The notes under the pieces are model-generated. The model did not search any database. It saw nothing but the letters and a program-made list of their open reading frames with translations, and had not been told where the DNA came from. Shown here one piece after another: positions 9,815 to 19,515 of a stretch of 64,000 nt of DNA. Origin of the DNA: Methanobacteriota archaeon (lineage in GTDB: Archaea; Thermoplasmatota; Poseidoniia; Poseidoniales; Thalassarchaeaceae); contig JAPOKZ010000001.1 in the NCBI GenBank assembly GCA_029977385.1, forward strand, positions 22,741 to 86,740. The letters run 5' to 3'. Each line of letters opens with the position of its first letter. The first letter of the stretch is position 1. The translations under genes were made by a program, and so were the position numbers.

Positions 9815-12800
9815 GTGATTTGCATGTACATCAAACTAGGAAGAAATACACAGAAGAAAATAATTCCAGCATTTTCAATGATAGCGATAATGCTCCTTAG
9901 TCCTCAGATATCACTGCTACTGAATACGGACGATTCCGTAGACCAGGACAGCCGAGTTGAGCCCCCCAAGAGAACGGCATACCAACAGTTAGAGCAGTTT
10001 GGTGGGTCAGTCCAAGTAGGGAATCAGAATCCTCTATCCATGACAAACCAATTCCATACCGTTGCACACCAAGATCCATTCTTCAACGACCCTGCCTCCT
10101 TGTACGGCAAGATATCCAACCCATCCGCCCTTGCCCTAGACCCGATGTATGGATTCTTCCTCGAAGAAACGAACACAGACGACCACGATAACGATGGAAT
10201 TGACGATCTCAACGATCTCGACGATGATAACGACGGGATCAACGATCTAATAGAGAGATTCGACGGTTGTTTCGGAACCGACCCTCTTGACCACGACAAT
10301 GACGGGATAAGGGACGAGTTTGACTGGGACGACGACAATGACGGGATACTAGAGGGTCCTATTGACTACTCCCAAGGAAACGATCCCTGGAATGTAACTT
10401 CAGACAGACACGTAGAACCCACTACTATCCATCCATGGACAGGACAGGCGGTCGGCTTCAACTACTTGGTAGACCAGAACCCCATGGATCACGATAACGA
10501 TGGAATCACCGATGAGGATGTAGACGGATCGGGCCGTGGATCATACGACGAGGATGATGACAACGATGGTAGAATCGATCAGTTCGTGTGGCCCTGCGAT
10601 TTCGATTCAGATGGGATACAGGATTATTTCGACGATGACGACGACAACGACGGTGTCGCAGACATCTCAGACATACATCCATGGGATCCTCTACAGAACT
10701 CGTCCATCGAAACGGCGACCGGGATACTATGGGACTCTTGGGTCAGGTGGGACCCAGAGGATTACGGCGACTATGTCGATGGTCTCGACTATGTCGCTCT
10801 TCATGCCTTGGAGCACCCTAGGGAGCAGGCCTTCACTGAAATCGTGGATGGGGATTTGGATGGAGACGGAATCCCTAACTTCCTAGATCCGGACAATGAC
10901 AACGACGGTGCGCCAGACTCCTCAGACACCGATGATGATAACGACGGCCTAGCTGACATGTACGACGTAGACGATGACAACGATGGCATCCCCGACTCAT
11001 GCAGACAGTTGGATACAAACGGTGACGGACAAGGAGACTACCCTACACAGGTATTCAACGGTGCAGTAGTTGCCATACAAGTCCCCGGAACAGACTGCGA
11101 AATCGACTATGACGGGGATTTGGATGACGACAGATTCAGAGCCATAGATGGAGACTACGACATGGTCTGGGACTGGCTCGATCCCGATATGGGGGGGTCT
11201 ACAAATCCAGACAATCTACAGGGAGGGTCACAACCATGGGACTTGGACGATGACGGAATCCCGAACGAGGAGGATCCATACCCCATGAACTCAAGCGCTG
11301 AAGTAGCTACATGGGACTGTGCTAGTGTTGCGAACCCAAACCCCCAAGATCCTAGCGACAACTGTGTACTTTGGAGGACATCCTACACCGGATTCAACGA
11401 CTGGGACGGAGATGGCCTAAACAACTGGATCGATATGGACGACGACAACGACGGAATCCTGGATTGGCTAGACATAGACCCCGACTGCGACCTAGACAAT
11501 GACGCAGACCTCCATGAGCTAAACGGCTCTATGTTCCGTGACGATGGAGCAAATGACATAGACACTGACGTGGATGGAGACGGCCTTCAGAATGACGAGG
11601 ACTGGGACGACGACAACGACGGGATCAATGACTTCTTCGACCCCGACGACGGAAACTGCGGTGTAGTAGATATCGACAACACAGATAACTTCTGGGGAAA
11701 CAGCTGGCCTCAGGGAGATGGTGATGCCATCGATGGCTCCGAGGACGGAGATGCATATGTCGCGGTCCCGAACTACTACTGGAACCTCACATGGGGGTTC
11801 AACCCTTTCAACGAGGACAACAGCTTCATGCTCGATTACAACGGGTATGATCCAAACGACTTCGACAATCCAAGTGGCATCATTCCTGAGATGTACTGGA
11901 CTCTGATGATGAAGTGGAGCCCCTACAATGGTGACAACTTCTTCGACATAGACAGCGACGGAGACTCTCTAGTTAACGGAATCGACGTCGATCAGGATGG
12001 AGATGGGATGCCCGACTGGTGGGATCAAGATGAGGGCAACGACGGAGTCCTGGATGTCGACGACGTCAAGATGGGAGGTACATTGGATGGAAACTCATGT
12101 GGCACCGTCATCCTATCCGCAACAACCGAGAGATTCTGCGGTCACATCTATGCATTCCTGTTCAAGGCGCCTCTGCTTACCCCCACTCAATCAGGGGGCC
12201 AATCTTTCACTGTACCATACAGTAGCAGGCCCGACGCCGAATGGGATGATGGGGAATATGATGGGACGAATCATCCCACTGGGCTGGGTAGTTGTGACAG
12301 CAACTGCTTCTGGTTCACCTTCGATCCGACTAGCAACCCTACTCCCTCTGTTGCATACACTTACAATGACATGAAGAACAATAGAGATCTTTGGATAGCT
12401 TACCTTGGAGTCAGCGTATTTGGCTTCTTTCAATGGACCTCAGATGCCAATAACAACTTCTTCCCTGATGAGATTGCGGACGAACTCAACGATGATGTTG
12501 ATCCAGACATAGATTGCGGGCAGCCGATGCCGGAGGTATCCTGGACTCCGAGTTGCATGTACAACAACACGAACGACCTAGACGACGACTGGGACATAGT
12601 CTACGATCACTTCGATGTGGACGATGATAACGACGGAATCTGGGATTATTTCGAGGTTGATTCAAACGACGATTTAGACGACGATTCAGGGATAGAGGAG
12701 CCATTCTACTTCACTGGAAGCAATTGCGAAGACAATGATGACGACGGCCTAGACACCGATCCCGACGATGATGGAATATACCAAGCAGTATGGGACAAAG

Positions 12801-15800
12801 GAGTACTGGGGCAGTCTCTTCTGTTCCCAGAGTACTACGACGTAGACAACGATAACGACGGAGTACCGGACGGGGAAGACCCAGATGATGATAATAATGG
12901 CCTTCTAGACGAGGCCCAGGAAGCATTCGAAGGATGCTTCACGGGAGAGGAACAGAGCCCATGGGACCACGACAACGATGGGATAGTCAACTGGGCCGAT
13001 GACGACTGGGATGGCGATGGAATACCAAATTCCCTAGAGCTCCAGAATTTCAATGACACAAACGGCACAGCCGACCCCTTCGACGACACCTGCTGCCTAA
13101 ACTTCCCCATAGCCCCATGGGACCACGACAACGACGGAATAAGGGACGATATCGATGAAGACGATGATTATGACGGTATGAAGGACGAGGACGAAGTGAT
13201 GCTATGGCCTTCACGATACGGCACCGAATCAACGAATCCATGGGATCACGACGACTTCGGAGGGGGGGTCGGACTGGCCAACCCCAACAACAACTCCACT
13301 GGGCCGGATTACTACGACGTAGACGACGATAACGACGGAAGGGCGGACTTGGACTGGAACAACCCCTCTTCGGGTGATTGGGCCACACCAACGAACAAGA
13401 TTGAGGAATCTTCAGGATGGAGCTCTGACTGGGATTCGGACAATGATGGAATCCTAGACGATGACGACAAGATACCGACTAGAATTACTCTTACCGCCCC
13501 CTCGATATTGTGGCTCGATGAAGACCGCCCATCGATATTCAATGGCTCAGTGTTCTGGTTGGACGACACAGGTTTCGTCCCAGCCCCAGATCTCCCGGTT
13601 CAGGTACACATTAGGTACTCTGAGAACGGCACATCTGTCATAGAGACAATCGACGTTCTCACCGATGACAACGGGGAGTATATCGTCGGCCAGTTCCTGT
13701 TCCCTGAAGATATCGATGTAGGGCCGAACTCAACCTACGAGGTCTACTCAGAGGTCACAGAGATGTTCGTACACGACTACAGCTCTACACTTTCTGATAC
13801 TGATGGAGATGGCATAGGAGACTCGGGGACGCCCGTCGAGGTAAGGGCGAATACTACGATAGGATTCGTATCGGGCGAGAGGTTCAGATCGGACGAGCAG
13901 CCACTCAAGCTGGACTTCAAGGTCCACTACTCGGCAGATTACAACAGGGGGATTTTCGACAACAGACTTCCCTATGCGCCGGTATCCTTCACCATTAGCG
14001 ACTCAGGCCCTCAGTTTGGAAACATAACTCATCCGACAGTCTATGATGGATATGGGAACGGATACAGGGCTGACGCAGGAGGCTGGGTTTCACTGGCTTA
14101 CAACCAATCCCTAGACGTATGGGAGCAGGTCCAGTGGAACTCTCTTCTCGATAATGGTCCAGGTGTCCCGACAGGCGGATACGAGGAGATAGTGTGGAAT
14201 CCATGCGGACCGCTCAATCCAGTAGGATCCCACTCGGTCATAGCACCCTACGAGTACAAGAACACCTCACTACCTACGGGCGACTATACTTTCATCGGCT
14301 TCTCCCGTCCTGACCTTGGAGGATGCACTGACGACTCCTACGAATGGCCTTGGTCACATCTCGAGGGGTCTGAGACGGACGCTTTCTACATCCGATCCAT
14401 GCATAGGATGTTCATAGAGGCCGAGATGTCAGCGGCCTCTTTCAGGCCGGTCTACTTCTGGGACTCGACCCAGTTCACTGGATCGTCCTTCGGTGCATGG
14501 AGAGCTCTCTTCCATGCCCCATCCCTAGCAAATGCGAACATGACATATCAGGAGGCCAGTCTTGGCAAGCCGTATCCTCTTCTATGGGATGGAACTCCTT
14601 CAGAACTCTCTGGAATTGCAGGAGGTGACCTGGTTCCTTTCCTGTCATCTGATGGGATAAACTGGACCATCACGATGCAGAATGGTGCTGACTTCGACTC
14701 GCCTCCGTGCGGACCCGTCGATCCACTGGATCCCAGCAGTCAGATTCGTTGCGAGATAGTACCCGAGATCTTCGCTGGGGAGTCCATCAGGGTCAAGGGT
14801 CACGTCTGGAACAAGACATTCGTTCCAGTGACCGATTTCGACAGTGATGGAATAAACGACCCCATCGCAGTGCAGATAGATCTGGACTACAATGGGATCT
14901 TCGCTGGCGCCCAAGAGACTCGAGTGAACCAGCCACTGGCCATCGACACCGAAGGTCTAGCAACATTCGATTACGACATACTCTGGAGAAACGACTGGCC
15001 TGCATCGACATACGGCTTCAGGGCTGACTTCAGTCAACCAGACTTCTTCTTCACTGGGGAGCAAGCAGGAGTCTTAGCCGCCACTGGTGCTTACGGAAAC
15101 GTCTCTGTCATAGGTTCAACCGACTTCCAACTTACATCTCTGACTCGTCTCTACAGGGGCCAGAACGCGACGGTAGAGGCTCGTCTAATGGACAATGCGG
15201 GGCTTCCTGTACGAGAAGCCCCAGTGAACTGGACATGGGAAGAGGACCAATCGAGTGGTGTAGTTTTCACAGACAACAATGGTATCTTCAAGGTCAATCT
15301 TACAGATATTGATACTCTAGGGAATTTCTCTCTCGGTTTCACCTACCTTGGAGACAGGTTCAGACTTGGCAGTACTGGCTCAGTAGACATGTGGGTGGTT
15401 TCACGGACTTTCATCAACGTTCAGAGCACCAGTCCCAACATAAGATCCAATGGGGACTTATGGGAGTTCACCGCTGTCATAACCGACGATAATAGAACCC
15501 CGTTCGAGAAGGACGGGGGGCAGGTACTGAACAGCTGTGAGGGAGAGATGGCGAATCCCGATGGATACGACCTAGGAGGCAACGTCACAGTGATTTTCGA
15601 GGGAATAGATTTCGAGGATAGAACCCACCGACAGATAGTATCTGTTGAGTGTCCGGCATCTGGCTCAATCGGATATGGGAGATATCTGGATCCACAGTTA
15701 CTGAAGGACGATCCATACTCATTCCTTCCCGATGGCTTCGGACCTGTGAATGTGATTCTTCGGTTCGAGGAGAACCTGCCTCACGAGGGTTGCGAGCCCC

Positions 15801-17734
15801 TAGATGCAGGAATGCTATCCACCTCCGGAGCGTGGGATCCCTGTGTTACCATCCTCAACAGTGACCACTTCAGGAAGGTCCTGCAGTTCCAGGTAGATGG
15901 TTTCAGCCTCATTGGGAATACGGATTTAGAAGTAGACCAGCAGATAGTCTATACCTCAGAGATAGATCAAGAAACGGGTCAGATATTTGAGAAGCCAATG
16001 ATCGTGACCGGGCAGCTAACCGATGAGCTAGGAGGGGACCTGGCGAACAGACAAATCAGAGTCACTTTCGAGATGGGATCAATGGTATTTGACCCAGTCG
16101 AGGATCGTATGAAATTCCGTGCAGGCGACGATGGTATAGAGGCCTGCATCCCAGGGGTAACCAATGAGAGCGGGTTCTTCGACATCAACTGCCCTATGAC
16201 CGGCGTTGACGCTGGAATGGCTAAGGTGAAGGTTGAGTACAATGCCTGGGATCCACTAAATAACGATCGATACAGGTACAAGAACAAGACACAAACGATG
16301 TTCTTCCCCGTCTTCTCCAACTCTACGATCGATGTCTCGGAAGTAGGTCCATTCCGATCCGACTACCTGACATACACCTTCCCGAACGGTTCTACCTTCG
16401 AGGTTCTATACCTCAAGGAGGCATTCCATATCAATGCCAGACTCTCCCAGTCAAACGGGAAGCCAGTTGGGGGCAAGTGCGTCAACATTTACCTCGATCC
16501 AGAAGTAAACACTAGGCCAATAGCCACCGCATTCACAGCTGGAGGAACCGGCGAGTTCGTTTGGTACTCAGCGGATCCAGATGACAATCCCAGTAGGAGG
16601 GGGGTCGAGCCTAGCGGAAACAACCTCGAAGGATTCCGTACGGTCAGAGTCGCTTACGAGCCGGAACGCTATGTACCAGGCGGTTGCGACTACGAAGTAC
16701 TGGAACCAAACCCGGTTCTGAATAGTTCAGTAGTCGACGTAGAGGTCCTAGTTAGAAGTAAGGTTGACATCCTGCTGAAGCAGCACTGGTCAAGTCCCAC
16801 AGGATACCAAGAGGGCGACATTATTGCTGGGGAGGTAGCAATCCTGAGAGATAGGCTGGACCTGACCGTGGAGGGACAGAGAGTAGAATTCCACCGACAG
16901 TTCTGGAATGAATCCGGCGAGTGGCAGACAGAGAGAGTGGAGATACTAATCACCAATGAGAGGGGTTCGGCGAACTTCTCCTTCCCTTACACCGGAGAAA
17001 CAATTCCCGGACATCCAGAGTGGACCGCTCCAGGAGGTAAATGGAGGGTGCTTGTTCACTTCGAGTCAGTAGACGCGAACAAACCCTACTTTGTAGAAAA
17101 GTGGCTCAATAGTACCCCGGAGATAAAACTCGGAGACCCCGACTCTTCGACTGCTGGAGGCCTATGGACTACTCAAGTCCTAATCCTAGCTGGAATATCA
17201 CTCTCAACGGTTGCGCTGGTTGGTGCCATGATGTACAACAACTACAGGGAGAGGCGCAAGGTCGAGGTCCTCAGAGGTATCCTGACGGACGCGCTAATGT
17301 CGCTCAAGGCTTCGAACAATTACATCGAGGCAATATTCTCCTGCTACAAGGATCTAATCAAGTACTTCAGGATGAAGGGCGCTATGAAGAAGGTCTTCGA
17401 GACGACAAGAGAGTTCGAGGACGTAATCAACAACATGCTCGGAGGAATAGTTCCACCAGAGGAGATAGACTCCTTCTTCTCTATATTCGAGGAGGCCCGT
17501 TACTCTGATCACGACATAGGATCAGAGGAGAGGGATAGGGCGATTCAGATATTCCAGTCGATGATAGGTAGGATGAATAGATCACTCGGAGACAGCATGC
17601 TGACAAGGGTAGCAGCGGCCGAGTCCTCGTTATATGGGCCCTCCGTGAAGGCAGGACAGTTCGTAGATGCAGATGGAAATGTAAGGTTCGCCGGAGTCGA
17701 TGATGCAGAGGAAAACGATGGTTTCAAGATCTGA
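9815..17734 (+). CDS. Giant membrane-anchored surface protein: signal/anchor, many thrombospondin type-3-like Ca-binding repeats, beta-rich Ig-like region, TM helix, cytoplasmic DUF4129-like domain
   Basis: Dozens of DxD(N/G)DG..D..DxDDDNDG repeats in the first ~1230 aa; beta-strand-rich middle; TM QVLILAGISLSTVALVGAMMY (~17173-17235); tail with TTREF...FEEARYSDHDI. Exact start uncertain (9815, 9824 or later). Confidence 0.85.
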   Translation: MICMYIKLGRNTQKKIIPAFSMIAIMLLSPQISLLLNTDDSVDQDSRVEPPKRTAYQQLEQFGGSVQVGNQNPLSMTNQFHTVAHQDPFFNDPASLYGKISNPSALALDPMYGFFLEETNTDDHDNDGIDDLNDLDDDNDGINDLIERFDGCFGTDPLDHDNDGIRDEFDWDDDNDGILEGPIDYSQGNDPWNVTSDRHVEPTTIHPWTGQAVGFNYLVDQNPMDHDNDGITDEDVDGSGRGSYDEDDDNDGRIDQFVWPCDFDSDGIQDYFDDDDDNDGVADISDIHPWDPLQNSSIETATGILWDSWVRWDPEDYGDYVDGLDYVALHALEHPREQAFTEIVDGDLDGDGIPNFLDPDNDNDGAPDSSDTDDDNDGLADMYDVDDDNDGIPDSCRQLDTNGDGQGDYPTQVFNGAVVAIQVPGTDCEIDYDGDLDDDRFRAIDGDYDMVWDWLDPDMGGSTNPDNLQGGSQPWDLDDDGIPNEEDPYPMNSSAEVATWDCASVANPNPQDPSDNCVLWRTSYTGFNDWDGDGLNNWIDMDDDNDGILDWLDIDPDCDLDNDADLHELNGSMFRDDGANDIDTDVDGDGLQNDEDWDDDNDGINDFFDPDDGNCGVVDIDNTDNFWGNSWPQGDGDAIDGSEDGDAYVAVPNYYWNLTWGFNPFNEDNSFMLDYNGYDPNDFDNPSGIIPEMYWTLMMKWSPYNGDNFFDIDSDGDSLVNGIDVDQDGDGMPDWWDQDEGNDGVLDVDDVKMGGTLDGNSCGTVILSATTERFCGHIYAFLFKAPLLTPTQSGGQSFTVPYSSRPDAEWDDGEYDGTNHPTGLGSCDSNCFWFTFDPTSNPTPSVAYTYNDMKNNRDLWIAYLGVSVFGFFQWTSDANNNFFPDEIADELNDDVDPDIDCGQPMPEVSWTPSCMYNNTNDLDDDWDIVYDHFDVDDDNDGIWDYFEVDSNDDLDDDSGIEEPFYFTGSNCEDNDDDGLDTDPDDDGIYQAVWDKGVLGQSLLFPEYYDVDNDNDGVPDGEDPDDDNNGLLDEAQEAFEGCFTGEEQSPWDHDNDGIVNWADDDWDGDGIPNSLELQNFNDTNGTADPFDDTCCLNFPIAPWDHDNDGIRDDIDEDDDYDGMKDEDEVMLWPSRYGTESTNPWDHDDFGGGVGLANPNNNSTGPDYYDVDDDNDGRADLDWNNPSSGDWATPTNKIEESSGWSSDWDSDNDGILDDDDKIPTRITLTAPSILWLDEDRPSIFNGSVFWLDDTGFVPAPDLPVQVHIRYSENGTSVIETIDVLTDDNGEYIVGQFLFPEDIDVGPNSTYEVYSEVTEMFVHDYSSTLSDTDGDGIGDSGTPVEVRANTTIGFVSGERFRSDEQPLKLDFKVHYSADYNRGIFDNRLPYAPVSFTISDSGPQFGNITHPTVYDGYGNGYRADAGGWVSLAYNQSLDVWEQVQWNSLLDNGPGVPTGGYEEIVWNPCGPLNPVGSHSVIAPYEYKNTSLPTGDYTFIGFSRPDLGGCTDDSYEWPWSHLEGSETDAFYIRSMHRMFIEAEMSAASFRPVYFWDSTQFTGSSFGAWRALFHAPSLANANMTYQEASLGKPYPLLWDGTPSELSGIAGGDLVPFLSSDGINWTITMQNGADFDSPPCGPVDPLDPSSQIRCEIVPEIFAGESIRVKGHVWNKTFVPVTDFDSDGINDPIAVQIDLDYNGIFAGAQETRVNQPLAIDTEGLATFDYDILWRNDWPASTYGFRADFSQPDFFFTGEQAGVLAATGAYGNVSVIGSTDFQLTSLTRLYRGQNATVEARLMDNAGLPVREAPVNWTWEEDQSSGVVFTDNNGIFKVNLTDIDTLGNFSLGFTYLGDRFRLGSTGSVDMWVVSRTFINVQSTSPNIRSNGDLWEFTAVITDDNRTPFEKDGGQVLNSCEGEMANPDGYDLGGNVTVIFEGIDFEDRTHRQIVSVECPASGSIGYGRYLDPQLLKDDPYSFLPDGFGPVNVILRFEENLPHEGCEPLDAGMLSTSGAWDPCVTILNSDHFRKVLQFQVDGFSLIGNTDLEVDQQIVYTSEIDQETGQIFEKPMIVTGQLTDELGGDLANRQIRVTFEMGSMVFDPVEDRMKFRAGDDGIEACIPGVTNESGFFDINCPMTGVDAGMAKVKVEYNAWDPLNNDRYRYKNKTQTMFFPVFSNSTIDVSEVGPFRSDYLTYTFPNGSTFEVLYLKEAFHINARLSQSNGKPVGGKCVNIYLDPEVNTRPIATAFTAGGTGEFVWYSADPDDNPSRRGVEPSGNNLEGFRTVRVAYEPERYVPGGCDYEVLEPNPVLNSSVVDVEVLVRSKVDILLKQHWSSPTGYQEGDIIAGEVAILRDRLDLTVEGQRVEFHRQFWNESGEWQTERVEILITNERGSANFSFPYTGETIPGHPEWTAPGGKWRVLVHFESVDANKPYFVEKWLNSTPEIKLGDPDSSTAGGLWTTQVLILAGISLSTVALVGAMMYNNYRERRKVEVLRGILTDALMSLKASNNYIEAIFSCYKDLIKYFRMKGAMKKVFETTREFEDVINNMLGGIVPPEEIDSFFSIFEEARYSDHDIGSEERDRAIQIFQSMIGRMNRSLGDSMLTRVAAAESSLYGPSVKAGQFVDADGNVRFAGVDDAEENDGFKI

Positions 17735-17760
17735 GAAACCAACGAAATCCACTGTCCCAA

Positions 17761-17775
17761 CGCCCCTACGGGGCG
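17761..17775. other. GC-rich hairpin CGCCCC-TAC-GGGGCG between the giant protein gene and the ribosomal operon
   Basis: Perfect 6-bp inverted repeat 27 nt after the stop codon; function not established. Confidence 0.4.
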
Positions 17776-17834
17776 CCCGCAGGATTCATAACACCGACTT
17801 TGGTGGCCGCGATACCTGACCATGGGGGGATACT

Positions 17835-18200
17835 ATGAGTAAGCAAGAGAGGAAGACGAACTCAGCACTAGTTTCGCTCATCGGAGACCTGAAGGATCAC
17901 AGTCGAACAACCGGCTCCCCGATATGGAGGGACACGGCTTCCAGACTCCAGACCAGTAGGAAAAACTGGGCAGAACCCAATCTTAGCCACATCTCCAGAC
18001 ACTCTACAAAGAAGGAGACAGTACTGGTCCCGGGTAAGGTACTAGGAAGCGGAAGTATCAGCGGGGGCCAGACTGTAGCTGCATTCAGTTTCAGTGATGG
18101 AGCTAGGAGTAAGATAGAGGCCTCCGGAGGGAGAACCCTTAGTATTCGTGAACTGATGGAAGAGAACCCTAATGGAAAGGGGGTGAGGATTCTTGTCTGA
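17835..18200 (+). CDS. rpl18e: 50S ribosomal protein eL18 (L18e)
   Basis: KTN...LI, NLSHI, VLVPGKVLGSG, FSDGARSKI, NPNGKG; first gene of the conserved archaeal L18e-L13-S9-RpoN operon. Confidence 0.96.
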   Translation: MSKQERKTNSALVSLIGDLKDHSRTTGSPIWRDTASRLQTSRKNWAEPNLSHISRHSTKKETVLVPGKVLGSGSISGGQTVAAFSFSDGARSKIEASGGRTLSIRELMEENPNGKGVRILV

Positions 18201-18675
18201 GACAACCATGGTGTACGATGCCACTGATAAGATCCTGGGCAGACTTGCCAGCCAAGTGGCAAAGGAAATGATATCTGCAAGGAAGTCAGGGAGACAGCAG
18301 CGGGTGATCATCATCAACGCAGAGGATGCTATCGTTTCGGGTCCAAGGACCAAGGTACTCAGTGACTACCGAGCAAAATACAATCTAAACCACGCTAGGA
18401 AGGGTCCTTTCTTCCCAAGGATGCCGGACAAGATAATCAAGAGAACAGTCAGAGGGATGCTACCGTATCAGAAGAACAGCAGCGGAAGGGGTGCTCTAAG
18501 GGATCTAAGAGTAATGATAGGCACACCTCAGAACCTCTCTATGGAGAATCTCCCAGATGGACACGAGTGGGGGCCGACTGAGAACATAGTTCGCGATACC
18601 CCCAATAAGTATGTCAGACTGGGAGAGATTAGTTCCCACCTAGGGGTCGATGCAGCTAGATGGACAGGTGAGTGA
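18193..18675 (+). CDS. rpl13: 50S ribosomal protein uL13
   Basis: [30 protein letters not shown]...[11 protein letters not shown] start after GGGGTGAGG SD, overlapping the rpl18e stop. Confidence 0.96.
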   Translation: MSETTMVYDATDKILGRLASQVAKEMISARKSGRQQRVIIINAEDAIVSGPRTKVLSDYRAKYNLNHARKGPFFPRMPDKIIKRTVRGMLPYQKNSSGRGALRDLRVMIGTPQNLSMENLPDGHEWGPTENIVRDTPNKYVRLGEISSHLGVDAARWTGE

Positions 18676-18676
18676 T

Positions 18677-19114
18677 TTGGCGAGGAAGAAGCGTACCAAG
18701 GTCGTTAACACTAGCGGAAAGAGAAAGACCGCAATAGCCAGGGCCACGCTAAAACCCGGAAAAGGAAGGGTCAGGATAAACGGACACCCTATTCACATCC
18801 TTGAGCCCGAACTTGCTAGAAGGAAGGCACTGGAACCCATTAGAATCGCAGAGGCGATGAATAGAATCGACAGAGTAGACATCTCGGTGGACGTTAAGGG
18901 CGGGGGACAGATGGGGCAAGTCGATGCCATCAGGACAGCCATAGCTCGCGGGCTTGTGAAGTACAACGACGGGGCCGAGGGTGATGACGAGGAGCTAAGA
19001 GACGAGTTTGTTCGGTTCGAGAGAAAGATCTTGGTAAACGACCCCAGGAGGAAGGAACCCAAGCATCAAATGGGTAGAGGCGCTCGTAAGAAGTGGCAGA
19101 AGTCGTACAGGTAG
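18677..19114 (+). CDS. rps9: 30S ribosomal protein uS9
   Basis: [37 protein letters not shown]...[11 protein letters not shown]. Probable TTG start 18677 after GGTGA. Confidence 0.96.
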   Translation: MARKKRTKVVNTSGKRKTAIARATLKPGKGRVRINGHPIHILEPELARRKALEPIRIAEAMNRIDRVDISVDVKGGGQMGQVDAIRTAIARGLVKYNDGAEGDDEELRDEFVRFERKILVNDPRRKEPKHQMGRGARKKWQKSYR

Positions 19115-19123
19115 GTGGAAGAG

Positions 19124-19330
19124 ATGCTAATACCAGTTAGATGTTGGAGTTGTGGCAAGGTCATTGCCCACAAGTATCAGGAGTATCAGAACGCCGTAGA
19201 AGAAGGCAAGGATGCTGGAAAGACACTGGACGATCTTGGCTTTGAGAGGTACTGCTGCAGACGCATGTTCGTCGGGCACATCGACCTGATTGACGAGGTC
19301 GCTCCGTTCAGTATTGACAGACAGCAGTAA
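19124..19330 (+). CDS. rpoN: RNA polymerase subunit Rpo10 (RpoN/N)
   Basis: MLIPVRCWSCGK...LDDLG..RYCCRRM zinc motif. Confidence 0.96.
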   Translation: MLIPVRCWSCGKVIAHKYQEYQNAVEEGKDAGKTLDDLGFERYCCRRMFVGHIDLIDEVAPFSIDRQQ

Positions 19331-19356
19331 TCCCTCCGTCAGGGCTTTGACTGATT

Positions 19357-19373
19357 GCTCACTCGCAGTGAGC
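19357..19373. other. Hairpin GCTCACT-CGC-AGTGAGC between rpoN and tRNA-Pro
   Basis: Perfect 7-bp inverted repeat ending 7 nt before the tRNA 5' end. Confidence 0.4.
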
Positions 19374-19380
19374 CCAATTG

Positions 19381-19458
19381 GGGCCTGTAGGTTAGTTTGG
19401 CCTATACTTCGCGGCTGGGGGTCGCGCGACCCAGGTTCAAATCCTGGCAGGCCCACCA
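19381..19458 (+). tRNA. tRNA-Pro(GGG), CCA encoded
   Basis: Acceptor GGGCCTG/CAGGCCC, anticodon arm CGCGG-CTGGGGG-TCGCG, T arm CCAGG-TTCAAAT-CCTGG, ends ACCA; tRNA-Pro after rpoN is typical archaeal synteny. Confidence 0.96.
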
Positions 19459-19515
19459 TTGGGAAAGTACCGCTAAAATGGTCAGTTTGAAGGCCATCGC
19501 CCCCTTTGCATCGAC

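Noticed and set aside
10170..13470. GACGACGACAACGACGG-like DNA repeats as CRISPR or satellite
   Set aside because: Irregular spacing, synonymous divergence, in frame: they encode TSP3-like protein repeats.
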